Notes: generated by a model from the sequence alone, not told the origin. Counted from the first letter of the whole stretch, positions 11,389-23,568 are shown. The stretch: DNA of 59,435 bases, filler included, from Asterionella formosa (GCA_002256025.1; 8 parts of 8 records of this genome joined end to end with filler, not necessarily neighbours in it); one strand, 5' to 3'. Translations and numbers: made by a program.

Positions 11389-14038
11389 TCCTCCCCATTG
11401 CCACGCTCAAGAGGCTGTAACATCGTTCCACTCTGAACTGGTTTGGACAATCTCGTATGAATCTGTTCCTTCACGTTCTTAGTCATAATGTCCGCAAAAT
11501 TATCTTCCGACCTTATAAAAATGACTTCCAATTCTTCGTCTTCACCTGGGATTTGCTCATATCCCTTCCTCACCACCAATCTTGCCTTGTAAATGGTCTT
11601 CCCGGTTAACAAACCTTCTTTAATTCGAAACACCCATCTCGTTTTTAGTGTTCGCTTCTGAACAGTATCACGTTTGACAACTTTCCACACTCCTCTCGAC
11701 TGGAAGTTTTCATATTCTTTGTTGATTGCCTTGATCCACTCTCTCTTGTCTGGTCTTGCCATTGCTTCATCGTAGCTTGTTGGTAATCCTCGATCAGAAG
11801 CCAGACTTGCGTTGTACACAAAATTCACCTGTGTATTCTTCGTAATTTCCTTCATGTTACCCTCCTCAATAACACCAGGCATCTCAGTATCTCCTGAAAT
11901 TTTCACAATTTTCGTACTCGTAGGATTGAACGATGAGTCCAATCTTCGCATTTCACGTGCCAACTTCGCTTGCTTAGACTGAGCACTTTCCGCACGTTTA
12001 GCCTTCACAATTGGGGTATTGGTACCTGTAACCTCGTATTTCGTAGTACCATCTATCTTAGTTGATTGTTCAGTTTTCCTCCCCAATTCTTGCTTGTAAT
12101 CATCTTCATCTTCATTATTGGACACTTCTCGAGGTACGAACTCGTCGTAAAAATCGTCATGTAACTCTTCATTATCTTCTCGTACTGGTATCTCCGTATC
12201 CTGTTGGTTGGTGACTGGTTTGAACATTTTCTCTAGTCCATCGTCCATGGCCATTACCCAATACTGATTTCCCACAGCGGATTTTGCGTAGGGTCCGCTA
12301 ATATCAATAAACGGTCTTTCTCCTGGTGTCGTAGCATTCTCTTGCGTCATCTTGGGTACTGCGCGTGCTTTCACCTTGGCTGCTGCGCATCCTGCGCACA
12401 CCTTTAAATTTCCCACAAGTTTCCACCCAAATAATTTCGATGTCTCACGAAGACATTTTTCCCCCACATGTCCAAGCATTTCATGCGCTTCATTTATTTC
12501 CACAATCACATCATTATTTTCGTTCACGTTTCTTTTCTCGATCGTTTCACCTATCGCTTTCGTCGTTTTCTTCTTTTCGTCAACTTTCGTCCATTCATTC
12601 TCGTCTTCTTTAGTATCAAAGTCGATAGATTGTTGTGTTGGCTTCTCGCTTTCTTGTTCAACCTCCAACACCGTTTCCTTTAGAATAGGCGTTCCTTGCT
12701 CATGGTACATTGCACCAATTGTCCTCGTTTCATCACGTTTGCAGATCAAAAATCCGTTGTTGTTTCTGATCGTCATCTTATCATCGTCAAACATAACTTT
12801 ATTTCCCTTGTCAATAATTCTCGAAATGCTGATGATGTTCTGCTTGAACTCTGGTGCATAGAGCACATTGGTGAGTTTCAACACTTTTCCTTTGTCTGTC
12901 GTCGTAAGGGTCACCATGCAAGATACAGTCGCAACAATTGCTGCGCCGTTTCCCACAAGAACAGTTTCACGCACTGCGCGCTTGTCCTCCATGATGCGCT
13001 CATCATTGCATATATATACCGTAGCGCCACTATCTAGTAGCCAACGGTCCTTATGCACGCACGTATGATTTACCTCTTCGTTGTACCTTGCTTCAATACA
13101 CATCACCACGAACATTCCTTGCGTAGTGGTGTTGGCGTCTTCTCCCTTCTGTTTGATTGGTGCATTTTTTTGATTGTTGCACTCACTGGCATAGTGCCCC
13201 ATCTTCTGGCAATTATAACACTTCACATTCTTTCTCTTATTTCGTTGCTTGGGAGGTAATTCTCTCTTTTCTGTAGTATTGCCCTTGCTTCGGCAATCAA
13301 CTGCCTTGTGGCCATACTTGCCACACTTCCTGCAGTCTCCCTTAAACTTGCTTTTTGAAAAGAAGGCCTGCTCGCCATTCTTATTCGTCTTGGCTTCGTC
13401 ATGCACATACAAATCGTAATAGTCGCGTACATTCTTCTTGACCTCTTGGATCGTGAGCTCGGAGCTCGCGAGACCAAATTTTCCAACCACCAAACTCTTG
13501 TAGACTTCCGGTAGGTTGTTGATAACATGGGCCACATAGGCACCATCCGAAATTGCGGAGCTTGTATGGCTCAATCGTTCTCGAATTCTATCCAACTCCA
13601 CAAACCAAATGTCGGGGTTCTCATTCTCGTTAATCGTGCATTTTGTCCACTGACCTGACAAGGCAATCACATTTGCCATATTACTTGACTCGTACGTAGA
13701 GACTAACTTGTCCCACGCTTCCTTCGCATTTCCATTGGGGAACTCTTTACTTCTGGCACCATTTACGTATCCAAATGGTACACTCTGACATGCCATAATC
13801 AAACTTGCATAGGCAACCGCATTATTTCTTTTGCACGCTTCTCATCATTATCGCTCGGAACAATCTTCACTCCAGCTGAATCTCTCTCACCTGGTGATAC
13901 TTCATCTCCATTTAGGATTCCTTCAAAACCTTTGTAGCAGGCATAGGCCACAAACTTCGCTTTCCAAACATGCCACTTGGCATCGGTACCATCAAATGTT
14001 GGCAACCACACTCCTGACGATTCGTCGTCAATTCCCAT
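11280..14038 (-). pseudogene. Copia gag-pol: gag with two CCHC knuckles, protease, partial integrase, RT/RNase H stubs; frameshift near 13825
   Basis: LPTFDG..WKAKF, CRKCGKYGHKAVDC, CYNCQKMGHYASEC, WLLDSGAT, AHEMLGH..CAGC, FIDISGP, KARLVV.KGYEQIPG, SEDNFADIMTK. Confidence 0.9.
11389..11399 (-). promoter_or_regulatory. Polypurine tract
   Basis: Minus strand AATGGGGAGGA immediately before the 3' LTR. Confidence 0.85.
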
Positions 14039-14074
14039 CTTGAGTACCCTTTCAAACCTATCTGCTTTAAAGCA

Positions 14075-14488
14075 TGTTGAAATGGTCCGTACTCCTTCCC
14101 GCGGGCTGGGTCTCTCTTCACGTAGACTCTTACGTGATCGTAGTACTACCTAGTACCACTTACTTTCTCTCTTGTCTCTGCTTCTAGCCTTGTTCCTGCT
14201 AGATAGACTTATTGACCTTCCTGTCAATTAACACACTGTTTCCTCAGTTGATAATCCAAAACTCAAAAATTAAATTATAAGCCAAACTAAATGTTTCCTT
14301 TCCATGCATCTTTGCTTCCTGCAACGTTGTTCTAAGACTCCTCTCTTCGAGTTTCCACTTAACATTTCCATAGAAATCTTCAATCTTTGATCTCGTTAGA
14401 CAGCTGATTGATGTGGCGATGCATTATTCGACTCGTTCGATTACAATCGAGTCCACAATCCTTGTGACTCGGGCTAATATTCTTGACA
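14075..14488 (-). repeat. 5' LTR (414 bp)
   Basis: Near-identical copy of 10977-11388. Confidence 0.95.
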
Positions 14489-14799
14489 CAAGTGCAGGTA
14501 CTGGTACCGATATACTTTCTCCAAGGCAGAGGGAGTGCAACCTTTTAAGACCGTAGTGAAAGCTAGTGTACTAGCAGTCAACTAGCACTGTGTACAAAGG
14601 TAAACTACAAAAAACCCTGGTACTGGTATTAAAAGGCATGACCAAATTCATGAAACAACGTTTCGACTTCAATATGGCTCAACAGTGCAGCATAACCAGT
14701 TTGAGGCGCTTGCAAGTTGCAAACAAGTGCCACAACTGGGAGTTGATATTCTTTGGAATTCAAGCCTAATGAACAACCACATCGAATCGCAAAATGTGC

Positions 14800-14899
14800 N
14801 NNNNNNNNNNNNNNNNNNNNNNNNNNNNNNNNNNNNNNNNNNNTTAATTAATTAANNNNNNNNNNNNNNNNNNNNNNNNNNNNNNNNNNNNNNNNNNNN
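14800..14899. other. Artificial contig linker
   Basis: N run with TTAATTAATTAA. Confidence 0.97.
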
Positions 14900-15124
14900 A
14901 TTTCAAATAATTATGTGAAGTATTTCAAATAATATAGTGATGATCAGGAATGCATGCATGATACTTTGATCAAATATTTAACGTGATGTATTCAGATAAT
15001 ATATAGACATGTTCAACTACGTATTTTGATGTATTCAACTAATTCATGTGATGCATTCAAAATCAACTAGGCTTATTTACGTGATGGTCACTTCACGTAA
15101 TACGCGGCTTAGATGTCCTATGGG
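14900..15124. repeat. Degenerate short repeats (gtgatgtattcaa-like), possibly the subterminal region of a DNA transposon ending ..CTATGGG
   Basis: Several imperfect gtgaagtatttcaaat / gtgatgtattcaga / gatgtattcaa / gtgatgcattcaa units. Confidence 0.35.
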
Positions 15125-16252
15125 CAATTTATGGGTGAGTGTTGTAAAATAGTATGTATATTGCCTGGTACATTCACATATTTGTACCATATATATTATT
15201 GGTAGGTGTACAAATGCAAACAAGCGGCAATTATAAATAAATTTACCTAGATGCATGGTAGTAGTCTAGTTTCTTGCTTGTGCTGCTTTGGCTGAAGCGA
15301 ATGTAGAAATTCCACACCATACTATCAAAGACAATGCATTTCTCAACAGTCAAATCCCGCCCTGCCAACCACATAAGAAGTGCAAAATCTTAAGCATCAT
15401 ACAACTGAACAAGTCTATCATGACTGCTGTTTGACTGGCTGGGAATGACCATGGTGGACAAAATGGAGGTTACCGCCATCACAATTTTATACAACAATTG
15501 ATTTAATGGGAAGAAATTAGACCAATACCAGGGTTTCTGGGCAGCCAACTGATAACAAAAAGAATTCCTCAAATTGTGGGACATGAGTGGGCTTGCCTTT
15601 TTCTTAACACATCTACAGCAGGAGGCCTTATCAAACCTGATGGTAATAATACTTGTAGCATGTAGCTACAGCGTACGTTCATACATGCACTGTCCTACCT
15701 GGTACCAGGTACCGGTACATAGATTCATTTGAATACCGGTCGTACCGGTACATACATTTGAAGCACACAACTTCTAATATTTATGTACGACAGCACATGA
15801 TCGTGGTGTTTCTCTTAGAAGTACGTGTAACATTTACGGGAGTATATTCTGTACCGGTACCTGTGCGTGTGGGCAGAAAAGGAACAACAAAGGAGTACGT
15901 CAGCACTGACGTGTGCCCAAGACTGGATGGCTACTGTGATGTGGCTAGTTCAGTACATACGTAGGAATTGAACCACACGAGAACCCGAAAAAACCCATTT
16001 TTTTCGTTGGCAGTTGGAACAAGACGACTGAACTATATAGCTCAAATGACTGCTGGTAATTGGTGACTGAACTGACGGAAGGATGCAATTTAGAAAAAAA
16101 CCCGAAAATAATGAAATAATTCCTTGGGACACGCACTTTCGAAACATAACAGTTTCTCCATTATTTACTATTCAACATCCTCAGCCTTTCCCACCCAGCA
16201 GCCCTGCCCGATCCTGCTTACCATCACCTGCGTGCATCATCAGCTAACACAA

Positions 16253-17207
16253 ATGGCTCCACAAATCATTACTTGTGACCTCGATTCAACTGACGAAGAC
16301 AACTCTACTGAAGGGTTCATTTCCAAAACTGCGATGCACGGAATCAAAAAACTTGTTCCCACGTCGGTAAGTTCTATCCCCACGCTCATTATTACTGATG
16401 CCCTACCGATGGCTGGTGACTAACGCTACGTTCTATATTGCTTGCTTCCACCCCATTTCCCCGAAGGTGGCCAAGAAATTATTGAGAGCCTACCCAAAGG
16501 CAATTCCAAACGAAGCGCTGGTGGAGCGAGTCAGCTCGACTCTGAAACCGTACGGATATGGTGAAAGCACTCTCTTTTGCTCATCAATTTGCTCTGATGA
16601 GCTCGCACGCCAGCTAGAGACTGACTTTGGCAAGATCTACGGAGATCACTTTTCGTTAGGAGGCTTATCGGGATTTGCCTTTGGTGGTGTGACTGGATTC
16701 ACTGCCATGGCCAGTCACATCCCCAACGATGGATCCTGTTTGATTGTATTTGGGCCGCATGTGGGCATTGATTCCGACGGCATTGTCGGTCGGGCACACC
16801 GACGTGGTCGAACCTTGACGGACAGTTGTTGCGGAAGTGCAACGGCGGCAGCGGCCTATGTGGCAGGTGTGCGTTCCGGACAGCATGTGGATGCTGGCTT
16901 CCCCACGGATGTGTTGGACGCGGAACAGGCATTTGTTGGCAAGTCACTCCTTCCGTATGGAGAACGACTGGAAAAGGCTGCCCATCCGGTTTGGGAACTC
17001 CCTTTGTGCCTCTATGATTCTCAATACAAGTTGATTCAACGAATTGTGGCGGCCAGGTGTAATCAAGTGCAGGGAAATGGAAAGATTGCTCTGGTAGGTG
17101 GTGTTCAAATCAACACTCCTTCAACCATGTCCGACTATTTTCTTCCTCTCTGTTTTGAAATTCGAGACAACAAGGGCGCCCTGATCAAAAACTTGCTGTG
17201 GCACTAA
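16253..17207 (+). CDS. LCIB/LCIC-family (theta-type) carbonic anhydrase; exons 16253-16366 and 16467-17207
   Basis: SICSDE, FSLGGLSGFAFGGVTGF, FGPHVGI, CCGSA (Cys-His-Cys zinc ligands), LVGGVQINTP; GTAAG..AAG intron with a gactaac branch-site. Confidence 0.92.
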
Positions 17208-18137
17208 ACCACTGCAGTGACAAATAAGGCAACGTGCGATGTGGAACAATTCACTATAAACTCGCCGATGTAATACGTACGTCTACGTTCCCTTTCCTAT
17301 CGTTAATGTAAATGTTGGTGGACTTTTTTCATTCCCTCGATTACGTGTATACTTGTCATATTCTGTCTGTACACTCGAAATACGGTTATATGAAGATAAT
17401 TTAGAACCTTTTCTGCTTAATATTAAAGAATTATCTAAACTATCATGGTACCACTGGTAAAGGAAGGACTTTGCATAGTTGTGTGGTATGTAGATGCACA
17501 TCATTGATGGTGCTGATTTCAGCGCTGTGCGCAAAAGCATACCGGTAGACTAATTAATGTAGGACATGATAAAATAAAATAATCCCAAAGGTGCTGCAAG
17601 GATCGTCATGGTGAGTCGACATCAGTCGTCACCTTCATGGTTCGATTCTGCCTTCTCTGTCACATGCGTAAATATGAACATGCATAAGACACGTGTTACC
17701 CCTTGCAAGTTGCAAACATTTTGCTTAAATCAACAAATTAATCTAGGATAAAGACATCTAAACCTTTAGCTCAGCAAAATTACCACAACTTGCTGGTGGG
17801 CGGTTGGTTCAAGGAGGTGATTCTACGTAGCTAAATATTAAGTAATAATTTTAGTATCGACTTTTTAGAACAAGGACTGGTATGTACTACCAGAATACCG
17901 GTTGTGTTATGCACAGATGTACTGGTATGTAGTGGAATTGTACAAGTTTCTAGCTAGACTATATGTAGCTTTTTTGATAAATAAGCAAGCACTGGTATGT
18001 ACGGGCCGGGAGCAGACGTAATTGCCTACAACGCCTACAGACCAACAAAAAATGCTGAGGACTAGGGTTAAAAAATAGCAAAAATCTTGACAGTCATCTG
18101 TGCGAGCTACATGGGACAAAACGAAATCGCTACCAGC

Positions 18138-19099
18138 ATGGCAGAAGATTCGGAGACCAATAAGCGAAGTCGCAACGAGGAAGATGAAGAACCTCCAGAA
18201 GGAGAAGAGGAAGAAAATAAAACAAGCAAGCGCAAGCGAAAACGTAAGCGCAAAACGAAGGCAACCGACGACGCGACAGTAGAACAAAGTTCCAAGAATG
18301 CGAACGAAACAAAACTTGCTTCGTTAGATCATACTGTCTATGTGGAAGGAATTCCATTTGATTGTTCAGAAGAAGATGTTAAAGGATTTTTCGAATTGAA
18401 TCAATGTAGTGACATTCTACAAATGAGATTGCCTAGGTAAGCAAAACGAGCAAAGTGCCTTAAATCCGAAACCAACAAGCCTGATAGAAAGGTTCCATAA
18501 AATCTTACCATTTTCCCACATTATTCAGATGGCAAGACACCGGGCGCTTGCGAGGATATGGACACATTGTTTTTGACACTACGGAATCGCGGGACATGGC
18601 CATAAAAGACTTGAGTGGGAAAAATTTAGGCAAACGATACCTTACCATTCAAGCTCCGCACATACCCAAACCTGAAACCACCATGGGAGCTTCTTCTTCT
18701 CAAGATATTCGACGTGAAAATATTCGTGAGCAGCCAGCTGGATGTACCATTGTTTTTGTCAAGAATTTGCCGTATCAGGCGACGGAAGACGACTTGCTGG
18801 AAGCCTTTCAAGTATGTGGCAAAGTTGTTCCAGGTGGTGTGCGAATTGCTCGCAACTATCAAACACGTCATTCTAAGGGATTTGCGTACATTGAATACAA
18901 AAACCCAGAAGGAGCGCATGGAGCTGTGCAAAAGGCGGCCAAGGCTTTTGGTATGACCGTAATGGGTAGACCTTGCTTTGTGGATTATGGCGAAGGAGCC
19001 ATGAAAGGTTCCTACAAGACGCAAGAAGGAAAACTATGGACCAAGGAATATCCCGGTAAGAAGAATCCACAGCAACGCAGTGGAACAAGGAGTGTGTAA
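18138..19099 (+). CDS. Two-RRM RNA-binding protein (nucleolar, NSR1/Nop13-like); exons 18138-18436 and 18529-19099
   Basis: Acidic N-terminus with KRKRKRKRK; VYVEGIPF/RGYGHIVF and VFVKNLPY/KGFAYIEY RNP motifs; GTAAG..TTCAG intron restores LPRWQDTGRLRG. Confidence 0.85.
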
Positions 19100-19132
19100 A
19101 AATTGGCAAAATTAACAAAGTAGACACACTTT

Positions 19133-20176
19133 CTATTCGTTTTCGTCCCAATCGTAATTATCTTCGTCGACATCTTCCTCTTCTGCGTCATCATCAAAAT
19201 CGTCCTCGAATTCATCGTCATATTCTTCCAGGTCATCATATTCTTCCTCTTTGCTCGCTGGCCGTTTCATAATTCGCCTCCTCGCCACAAAAGTCCCTAT
19301 TTTTCTCGGCTGTCCCTTCCACAACCCCTTTCGTTTGACTTCATAAATAGTGCCCACAATTTTTACGATACTAGAATCTGCAATCTTTCGACGAAAGGAT
19401 CCCTTGTATCGAACCAAAATAGGTTCTTCGTCGTTGGGTCCCTGAAATGCTCGAGCTTCAAAGTCAATCGAACAAGATTGAGGCCACCCACGTTCTCGAA
19501 ACAGAAATGGTGTCACGAAGGCTTGTTCGCCATATTTCACAATCACGTCCCCTCGCGGTGTAAATTCAACATTGGCAGCACAGCTAACAGTAGTGTCGGC
19601 ATCTTCGACTAGGGAAGGGCAAATTTTTTCTGAGAGAGAATATGAAAGCAAGAATAAATCATTTAAGATTCACGTACCTTGTTGATCTAGTCTCCAAACA
19701 CCCCATATCTCGTCGCGCGACACATGTTTAGGACTCACAAGGTAAAATGCAGCTTTGCCTGATCCCTTAATCGTTCCCCAGGCAGCAGCTGTTGTCATAT
19801 CAACGGTTTTCTTGGCAAGATTCGCCGCAGTTCCAAGTGCAGAAGGTCCTTGTTTCTTCTGACGACGAGATGGTGGACCTCGTCGAGACGCCGGTGGGCT
19901 CCCTCTTTGTGCTGGGCCCCTTCGCGACGGCGGTGGGCCCCCTCTTTGTGGTGCGCCTCCTCTTTGACTCTGTGAAGGCTTTAGTGGTGGAATTCGTCGT
20001 CTTGGAGACTCTTCTTCATAGTCATCGCTGTCATCACCTCCTCGGAGGTTGAAAATGGCAAATGATGTCGTTGGACGGGTTGTTCGGTGAAACAGCTGAA
20101 TGAAGGGGGTAACCCTAGCTGATGCGACGGCGACAACGCTCGATACTAGGAGGAGGACCAGAAGCGCTATTCTCAT
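19133..20176 (-). CDS. Hypothetical protein with signal peptide, LRGG motif, R/G/P-rich linker and acidic tail; intron from 19677 to 19609 or 19630
   Basis: Hydrophobic N-terminus MRIALLVLLLVSSVVAVASA; GTACGT donor; both candidate AG acceptors give the downstream frame. Confidence 0.75.
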
Positions 20177-21649
20177 TGTGATTTCTTTGCGCGTCAAGAA
20201 TCCGCTTAGTTTAGCAATGTGATTGGAACAATTGTCGTTGTATCAGCTTGTCAATCGGTAAATTCACTTGCCTTGGCCATTACAGAAGCACGCATGCATC
20301 ATCCATACAACGTACCAAACCCGCAGGTACTTCCAGAGGCTGGTATGTCGAAACGCTATGTAAGAAGCAAACCAAACCATCAGTCCATCAGCCAGCAGAG
20401 CACAGACAAGACATTTTTTGACAGCTGGAGCTTGACGACTAACGGTACATGTGGAACAAGTGATGGTCGAACACACGCACGACCCGTGTTTAGATATTGG
20501 TAGTAGTTCCATCATGCATGGTTTCGATTGTTACCGGGTAGCCATGATCTTGCTTTTAGACATACAGAGCCTCTTGGCTGAGGTTCTTCCATCGTTCTTC
20601 TTACTAATTATGGTTCCTGCATTTGAACCCCTAGCTCAAGGTACAGCTGGTTTAATCTGAGGCTTGTATTCTGTAGAAGCTAAGAGTGCTGGTATGTCCA
20701 GAAAACGACCCAACAGATCAGACAAATGAACATAGATAACAATATATCCAAAATGTGTATATGCTATATACATATAACTTGTTGGAGCAGGACAAATCAT
20801 ATTGTTTGACAACAACTGAATGTATATGCGCTGTCCCAACCATGATGATGGTTTCTCTGATGTTCATGACTAGTATGGCAAAGGTTCTTGCATGCTGTGA
20901 TGCATGCTTAGCAATTGTCATTGGTCAAAGTATGAATTTTGATCAACTCTATACGTCGTCAGGATATAGGATCTAGCAAGAAGGGGGTGCAGAAAGGAAC
21001 TTGGGTTTTTTACAATGGCTGCTGAAAAGTGTAGAAATTATCTGGCAAAACAGTTTATTTCTTGACAACGACATACTAATTTAAAAAACAATGTTGTTCC
21101 TTTCTGCACTTTCTCGCCAAAAGTTAAGCAACTACTGATGCTATTTGAAGGTTACCAATGTAATTGATTCACCTTCAAACCCTACCAATGTTGAGCAATT
21201 GCTGTCGGAAAAATCAATAAAATTGGCCTTCTCAACAGTCTCCAAAATAGCGGAATGATTATCCTCACTATGTGCCAAAACGTCCTCATCGGAATAGGAG
21301 TCTTGTGAAGGAATTGCCTTTTTGTCATAAAATCGCCTGTATATAGCAATGTCTATGCACTAATTTCCGATCTTATAAATAATTCAAATGGAGTCATTGA
21401 TATTCATAAGCGCTCCTACAAATTCCCAATCCCAATGAAGTTTGGCGATCCTAGCTACTAAGCAATATGCTATGCATAAATTGTTGCCTAGGGTTGCTTT
21501 CTAATCCAGCAACCTTGTTAAGAAGCAAGAAAGAGTTAAATGAAAATACTTAGCCCATAATAATAATATATGTACATATTGTGTAGTACTTAAATTTACT
21601 GTACACCAGCCATATGATGCAAGTCACGCATTCATCAACTGTGGCAAGA

Positions 21650-22090
21650 ACAACTAAACCTTTTGATTCTTGATTTTTCGAAGTTTAGATTCTTCTGGTT
21701 TGGTAGATTGTACCAGCACCATGTAATAATTATTCGCTGTACCTCCACCTTCCAACAACAATTTCCAAGGGTTGTGGTGTCCATAGATTGATATGAACCG
21801 CTCAATTCATGAAATAGAATCTTCTTTGACATTGGCTTCTTCTCCATGCTTCGTTTTGGGAGCAAATAACCACGACCTCGTGGACTCACCTCAAGCATGC
21901 ATATCATGCCATGGGGACAAGAGAAGGGTACATTCTTGTATATGCAGTGTTTGGTTCATGAATATCATATCGTTACCAAATTTTTAGTGGTGATTCATGT
22001 AGTGAACGAGGAGGTGTGCCGGAATCCAGCACCCATTAGTGAGGACTCTACCATCACCATTGAAAAGTAGCTCCCAAACAAGAACTGAAA
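21650..22090 (-). pseudogene. Decayed coding remnant of unknown family, probably TE-derived
   Basis: One protein-like frame (VWELLFNGDGRVLTNGCWIPAHLLVHYM...NPWKLLLEGGG) interrupted by TAA, TGA, TGA. Confidence 0.35.
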
Positions 22091-22245
22091 GTTTCAGTTG
22101 CTTCTTATGTTTTGCAGTCTGGTTTCCTGTTTTTGCTACTCCCACAGTCACAATATCATGTCGCTAAACACATGGTATTGAAAGGAAGCAAAGGGAAGCA
22201 ACAAAACACAACTGACATGGTGATAAGTCACAACAAGAGACAGAT

Positions 22246-22345
22246 NNNNNNNNNNNNNNNNNNNNNNNNNNNNNNNNNNNNNNNNNNNNTTAATTAATTA
22301 ANNNNNNNNNNNNNNNNNNNNNNNNNNNNNNNNNNNNNNNNNNNN
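22246..22345. other. Artificial contig linker
   Basis: N run with TTAATTAATTAA. Confidence 0.97.
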
Positions 22346-22434
22346 TAAATTGCAAAAATTTGAAATATAACTAAGAATTTAAAAAACATAAAGAAGGAAT
22401 ACAAATAATCCGATGTATACATAAAAACTGCCGA

Positions 22435-23005
22435 CCATAATTTCAAAATACTGCTGTTAGGGTTAGGGTTAAGGCTCTCTCTTCTTGGTATGAAGTAAAT
22501 ACTACCTGAACAACAAAGAAGAACATACAAACAAAATAAGGACGTGCCTGTGACTGTACCAAATCCCAGGTACCATAATTTCAAATCAGTGTCGGTCACC
22601 AGCATAAATCAACAAAGGTACAAGTACAAGTACAAATACATTATACTGAACATTTCAAATCAGTGCCCGTCACCAGTATAAATCTATACATTATACTGTA
22701 CAGTAAAAAAACGATCTCTTCTCTGTCTACGGAAGACATGCTACCGGATAGATCAATGAACTTCAAGGTACCACGTACCAATACATCATACCAGGTACCA
22801 GGTACTGAACAAATACACGTATGTGCAGCTACATAAAAATAATCATAACAAAATACATATACTGTACAGTAAAAAAAAGGATCTCTTCTGTGTCTACGTA
22901 GGACATGCTACCGGATAGATCAATGACCTACCAGGTACCACGTACCAATAATCATAACAAAATACCGATCGTCATTTCAAATCAGTACCAGTAAACCAGT
23001 ACAAA
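22435..23005. repeat. Interleaved direct repeats plus a short TTAGGG run (22457-22474)
   Basis: catttcaaatcagt..ccag units at ~22573, 22651, 22973; ~90-bp duplication at ~22694 and ~22860. Confidence 0.8.
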
Positions 23006-23489
23006 TATACAAAGGTACAACTTTGTCATACAACCATTATCATTGACATCAAAAACAAACACACCATGACGATCACACCGTCCATTGTTTCTCATCCAAT
23101 TCTTGTCCAAATGACAACGTCTTTACTCGATTGAGTGAACCCAACTCATCTTCACATATGACATAAAATTCTTTTTCGTACCGATACCAATTACATCTTT
23201 CAAACCATATAAACATGCCGCAACTGATGCCGTGCCCACGGCCAAAAAGAAATAACGAATATTTCCACTCCACCATGATAATCAGGACGCACCCGCGAAT
23301 GCGAATTATATAAATATATGACATGCATAACATAATGTGTAACATTTTACATGACAATCACTCTGGTAAGTACAAAAACAGTGCCCTTCTACATATTCAT
23401 ATCAAAAACAAACAACCAGTACTTACATATTCATTCCCATACCAGTTTCCATCTGTAGGAATAGTCATACTGCGTACTACAGTTACATG

Positions 23490-23568
23490 TCCAGCCCTAG
23501 AGGGCTGGATGCTCTATAGGGATGACGCCTAGAGGCGTCTTCCCTTTACCCTAACCCTAACCCTAACC
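23490..23568. repeat. Twin TAGA-loop hairpins followed by (CCCTAA)3
   Basis: tccagccc-taga-gggctgga; gggatgacgcc-taga-ggcgtcttccc; ccctaaccctaaccctaacc. Confidence 0.85.

Larger units (their letters stand above)
10977..14488 (-). mobile_element. Young, internally deleted (non-autonomous) Ty1/Copia LTR retrotransposon
   Basis: Two TG..CA LTRs, PPT, CAAGTG repeated on both flanks, domain order gag-PR-IN-RT-RH. Confidence 0.95.

Noticed and set aside
14050..14060. TTCAAACCT similarity to a tRNA-Sec anticodon arm as a possible primer site
   Set aside because: Only ~9 nt and ~15 nt from the LTR edge; could be chance
22457..22474. TTAGGG run as a true telomere
   Set aside because: Only 2-3 units and internal to the contig
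23073..23357. Possible GRF-type zinc finger (SCGMFIWFE) in a minus-strand ORF
   Set aside because: The other Cys ligands are missing; similarity too weak
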